From an uncultured virus (IMG/VR IMGVR_UViG_3300010885_046520) (lineage: Duplodnaviria > Heunggongvirae > Uroviricota > Caudoviricetes): a stretch of 20,000 nt of DNA. The DNA lies in the IMG/VR virus record IMGVR_UViG_3300010885_046520, positions 56,042 through 76,041 of that record; one strand, 5' to 3'. Below, one piece after another: positions 18,005-20,000 of the stretch (the stretch's first letter is position 1; each line of letters opens with the position of its first letter). Both the position numbers and the translations under genes were made by a program. The notes beneath the pieces were generated by a model. It searched no databases. It was given only the letters and a program-made list of their open reading frames with translations, and was not told where the DNA came from.

Positions 18005-18520
18005 TCATGAATAAAAATATCTTGAACGATAAGTGTTGCCCTGCAAGTATCTTGGGTTAAACTTGTTGCCAACGAATGGGCTAAGTACCGCAGTAACAGC
18101 ACTAGCGTCTCGTACATTCCAATTAAGAACTAGATCTTGATATAATGCACACGGACCGGTTTCTAGTAAAAGCTTTAGTCCTTCTAGACTACCTTGTACA
18201 GTCAAACTCGCTGGCCCAAGAGAAGCCCTAATCCCTTCGGTTGCTGATTTGGTTCTGACTGTACTTTGATCAATAATACAGGCGCTCTTCAGAGCAACTA
18301 AACCAATGAATACATCATCATGATAGTCTAGTGGATCTGGTGTTAGTGTGCCATTGGATACGTCCACAGTATATTGGTTATCTAGAGTAACCTCAAATTG
18401 AACATATTTTGATGCAACAGTTATGACCTGAATCAATCTTTCGTCGCTGTAAACTGGCTGATCTGTAAGGTCATTAATTAATGTGCGTACAATAAGTGGT
18501 ATTTCAATAGACCAGCTCAT
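18005..18520 (-). CDS. Probable head-tail adaptor/connector-like protein, 171 aa
   Basis: AAGGA RBS. Helical N-terminus IVRTLINDL...YSDERL plus a later IRASLGPASLTV hairpin resemble SPP1 gp15/HK97 gp6-like adaptors. Function is inferred. Confidence 0.5.
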   Translation of the reverse strand: MSWSIEIPLIVRTLINDLTDQPVYSDERLIQVITVASKYVQFEVTLDNQYTVDVSNGTLTPDPLDYHDDVFIGLVALKSACIIDQSTVRTKSATEGIRASLGPASLTVQGSLEGLKLLLETGPCALYQDLVLNWNVRDASAVTAVLSPFVGNKFNPRYLQGNTYRSRYFYS

Positions 18521-18554
18521 AATTTGATCCTTTTATATGTATTAGGGCTATTCT

Positions 18555-18564
18555 TTAATACACC
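18555..18564 (-). promoter_or_regulatory. Putative phage promoter motif GGTGTATTAA
   Basis: Intergenic, about 35 nt upstream of the ATG at 18520. Identical to the 4100-4109 copy. Confidence 0.55.
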
Positions 18565-18603
18565 TTATAGTAAAGACTGTGGTTTTTAAAATTAATTGGC
18601 TAA

Positions 18604-18810
18604 TCAACTAGCAAGCGATATTTCTGGTACTATATTAATATTTTGACATTGCATAAGATATTCATCATAATTAGTTCCTTGCCAATAGATTGTCCACCCA
18701 TTACCAACAGTGGTTACTTGGTCAACTCCTGTAATGCCATCTCCATAGTTTGTTCCATTAGTGATAATCCAATAAGTGGGATTAGCTGGTTTGACAATCT
18801 CTTCGCCCAT
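18604..18810 (-). CDS. Small hypothetical protein (68 aa, MGEEIVKPANPTYWII...)
   Basis: ATG at 18810 with an AAAGGA RBS at about 18816-18822 is preferred over the GTG at 18843. Has its own upstream GGTGTAT motif. Confidence 0.65.
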   Translation of the reverse strand: MGEEIVKPANPTYWIITNGTNYGDGITGVDQVTTVGNGWTIYWQGTNYDEYLMQCQNINIVPEISLAS

Positions 18811-18831
18811 AAATTTTCCTTTATTATAAGA

Positions 18832-18841
18832 GTCATACACC
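18832..18841 (-). promoter_or_regulatory. Putative phage promoter motif GGTGTATGAC (leftward)
   Basis: In the divergent intergenic region, about 22 nt upstream of the ATG at 18810. Confidence 0.5.
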
Positions 18842-18861
18842 ACATAGCGATTAATAGATCA

Positions 18862-18871
18862 GGTGTATTAT
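18862..18871 (+). promoter_or_regulatory. Putative phage promoter motif GGTGTATTAT (rightward)
   Basis: About 24 nt upstream of the glycosyltransferase ATG at 18895. Inverted relative to the 18835-18841 copy, with a 20-nt spacer. Confidence 0.55.
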
Positions 18872-18894
18872 ATGGCATAGGCAGAGGATACCAA

Positions 18895-19608
18895 ATGATG
18901 ATTTCGTATTGTTCTCAGATTAAGAATAGGTTTTATCAATTTCAACAAACTTTCTATCATAATATAAATCATATCAAGAATAATCCGGATACTGAATGGA
19001 TTATTGTGGATTGTGATTCAAAAGATGGTATATACGAGCATATGCTGAAATTTGGAATACCTGATAGAGTTCATTATCATAGAACATTAAATTATCATAA
19101 ATATTCGATTCCAGTAGCTAAGAATTTAGCAGTGAGGTTGAGTTCTGGGGATTATGTGTTTAATTTAGATATTGACAACTATATTGGAAATGCCACTAGT
19201 CAAATCAAAAGTCTTGGAACAAAAACTGGCGTATGTTGTGATATTTTCAAACGAGGAGTTTATGGGAGAATAGGGTGTTCTAGAAGAGTTTTTAATATGG
19301 TGGGCGGTTATGATGAATCTTTTTTACCAGCTGGTAAACACGATATTGATTTTATGGCTAGATGTAAATTGATTAATTATTACTTTAAACATATTCCTTG
19401 TATGATCAATCCAATTTTAAACTCTAAGGCAGAAACCATTCTTAATACTGGTACCGATATGGATTGGGAAACTATGAATAATCTGAATGGTAAAAAAATG
19501 GAATACAACCTGGAAAACAAAAATCACTGTCCAAATACAAAATTCACAAGCTGTACTTTTGAATATAATTTTACTAAGAAAATTACACTATCTGAGGAGA
19601 TAATATAA
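18895..19608 (+). CDS. Glycosyltransferase, GT-A fold (GT2-like N-terminus with galactosyltransferase GT7C-like C-terminus), 237 aa
   Basis: Motifs EWIIVDCDSKDG, AKNLAVRLSSGDYVFNLDID (DxD) and GGYDESFLPAGKHDIDF. Start reassigned to the ATG at 18895 with a GAGGA RBS at 18884-18888. Confidence 0.85.
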   Translation: MMISYCSQIKNRFYQFQQTFYHNINHIKNNPDTEWIIVDCDSKDGIYEHMLKFGIPDRVHYHRTLNYHKYSIPVAKNLAVRLSSGDYVFNLDIDNYIGNATSQIKSLGTKTGVCCDIFKRGVYGRIGCSRRVFNMVGGYDESFLPAGKHDIDFMARCKLINYYFKHIPCMINPILNSKAETILNTGTDMDWETMNNLNGKKMEYNLENKNHCPNTKFTSCTFEYNFTKKITLSEEII

Positions 19609-20000
19609 TGCTATTAACATTAAATAAGAATAGAATGGACCAATTAACGCCTGATCAAATAGCATTTTATCAAGGACAATGTGGAGATATTCTTAATGCT
19701 CCACTACCAAGTGTCACACAAAACTCTGCTGAACTAAAACAAAAAACAGGAGCTAATAATTTTACAAGTTTAGCTCCATACTATCATCCAGACCCAAACT
19801 CTCCAACAGGATTTCCTTATATACGAATTGATGGAACTAGAAATCTGGAGTCTAGAAAAAGTTCTGATAGTCCATATTTAAATTCTATGCTATCTTTAGT
19901 GGCTTCAGCATCTACTTTATATTACTATACTAAGTCAGAAGACTATGCTATTAAAGCTATGGAAGTTCTTTACACTTTCTTTCTTAATGAAAATACTAAA
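19608..20000 (+). CDS. Alginate/glucuronan lyase-like protein (PF05426, PL38-type), 3' truncated
   Basis: Manual translation: MLLTLNKNRMDQ...PSVTQ...NNFTSLAPYYHPDPNSPTGFPYIRIDGTRNLE...LYYYTKSEDYAIKAMEVLYTFFLNENTK. This matches the family pattern S.APYWWPDP..P.GLPYIR.DG..NPE...AYY.T....YA.KA...L..WFL...T. GAGGAG RBS and TAATG stop/start overlap. Confidence 0.8.
   Translation, partial: MLLTLNKNRMDQLTPDQIAFYQGQCGDILNAPLPSVTQNSAELKQKTGANNFTSLAPYYHPDPNSPTGFPYIRIDGTRNLESRKSSDSPYLNSMLSLVASASTLYYYTKSEDYAIKAMEVLYTFFLNENTK

Noticed and set aside
18643..18894. 84-aa N-terminal extension of the glycosyltransferase in the ORF track
   Set aside because: TTG start, overlaps the opposite-strand gene and the promoter motifs. 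The ATG at 18895 has an RBS and begins the GT fold.
1..20000. Stop-codon recoding, CRISPR array, tRNA or mobile element
   Set aside because: Genes tile the window under the standard code. TAG is not used as a primary stop, but no ORF needs readthrough. No repeat-spacer array, cloverleaf, transposase or intein/intron signature was seen.

Overview
AT-rich (roughly one-third GC by eye), gene-dense segment of a large tailed phage (Caudoviricetes) genome. From 18810 down to 1, a minus-strand virion module encodes: a small hypothetical protein, a probable head-tail adaptor, a beta-sandwich baseplate/fibre-attachment-type protein, a giant 4021-aa mosaic fibre/adhesin (collagen stub, tail-fibre repeats, YadA-like roll, split cadherin, Ig-like repeats), a collagen-containing fibre, a 63-aa peptide, a lectin-type protein with an inserted LamG domain, an Mtd_N-type fibre, a CxxC-containing probable neck/head-closure protein, and the start of the next gene. 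A divergent plus-strand operon encodes a GT2/GT7C-type glycosyltransferase translationally coupled to an alginate-lyase-like (PF05426/PL38-type) protein that runs off the window and is missing from the ORF track. A (G/T)GTGTAT motif lies in every intergenic gap over 40 nt, oriented with the downstream gene, and is a candidate phage-specific promoter. The fibre proteins are rich in Ser-Gly dipeptides, which together with the adjacent glycosyltransferase suggests possible virion glycosylation. Family calls come from motif recognition by eye; no database searches were run.
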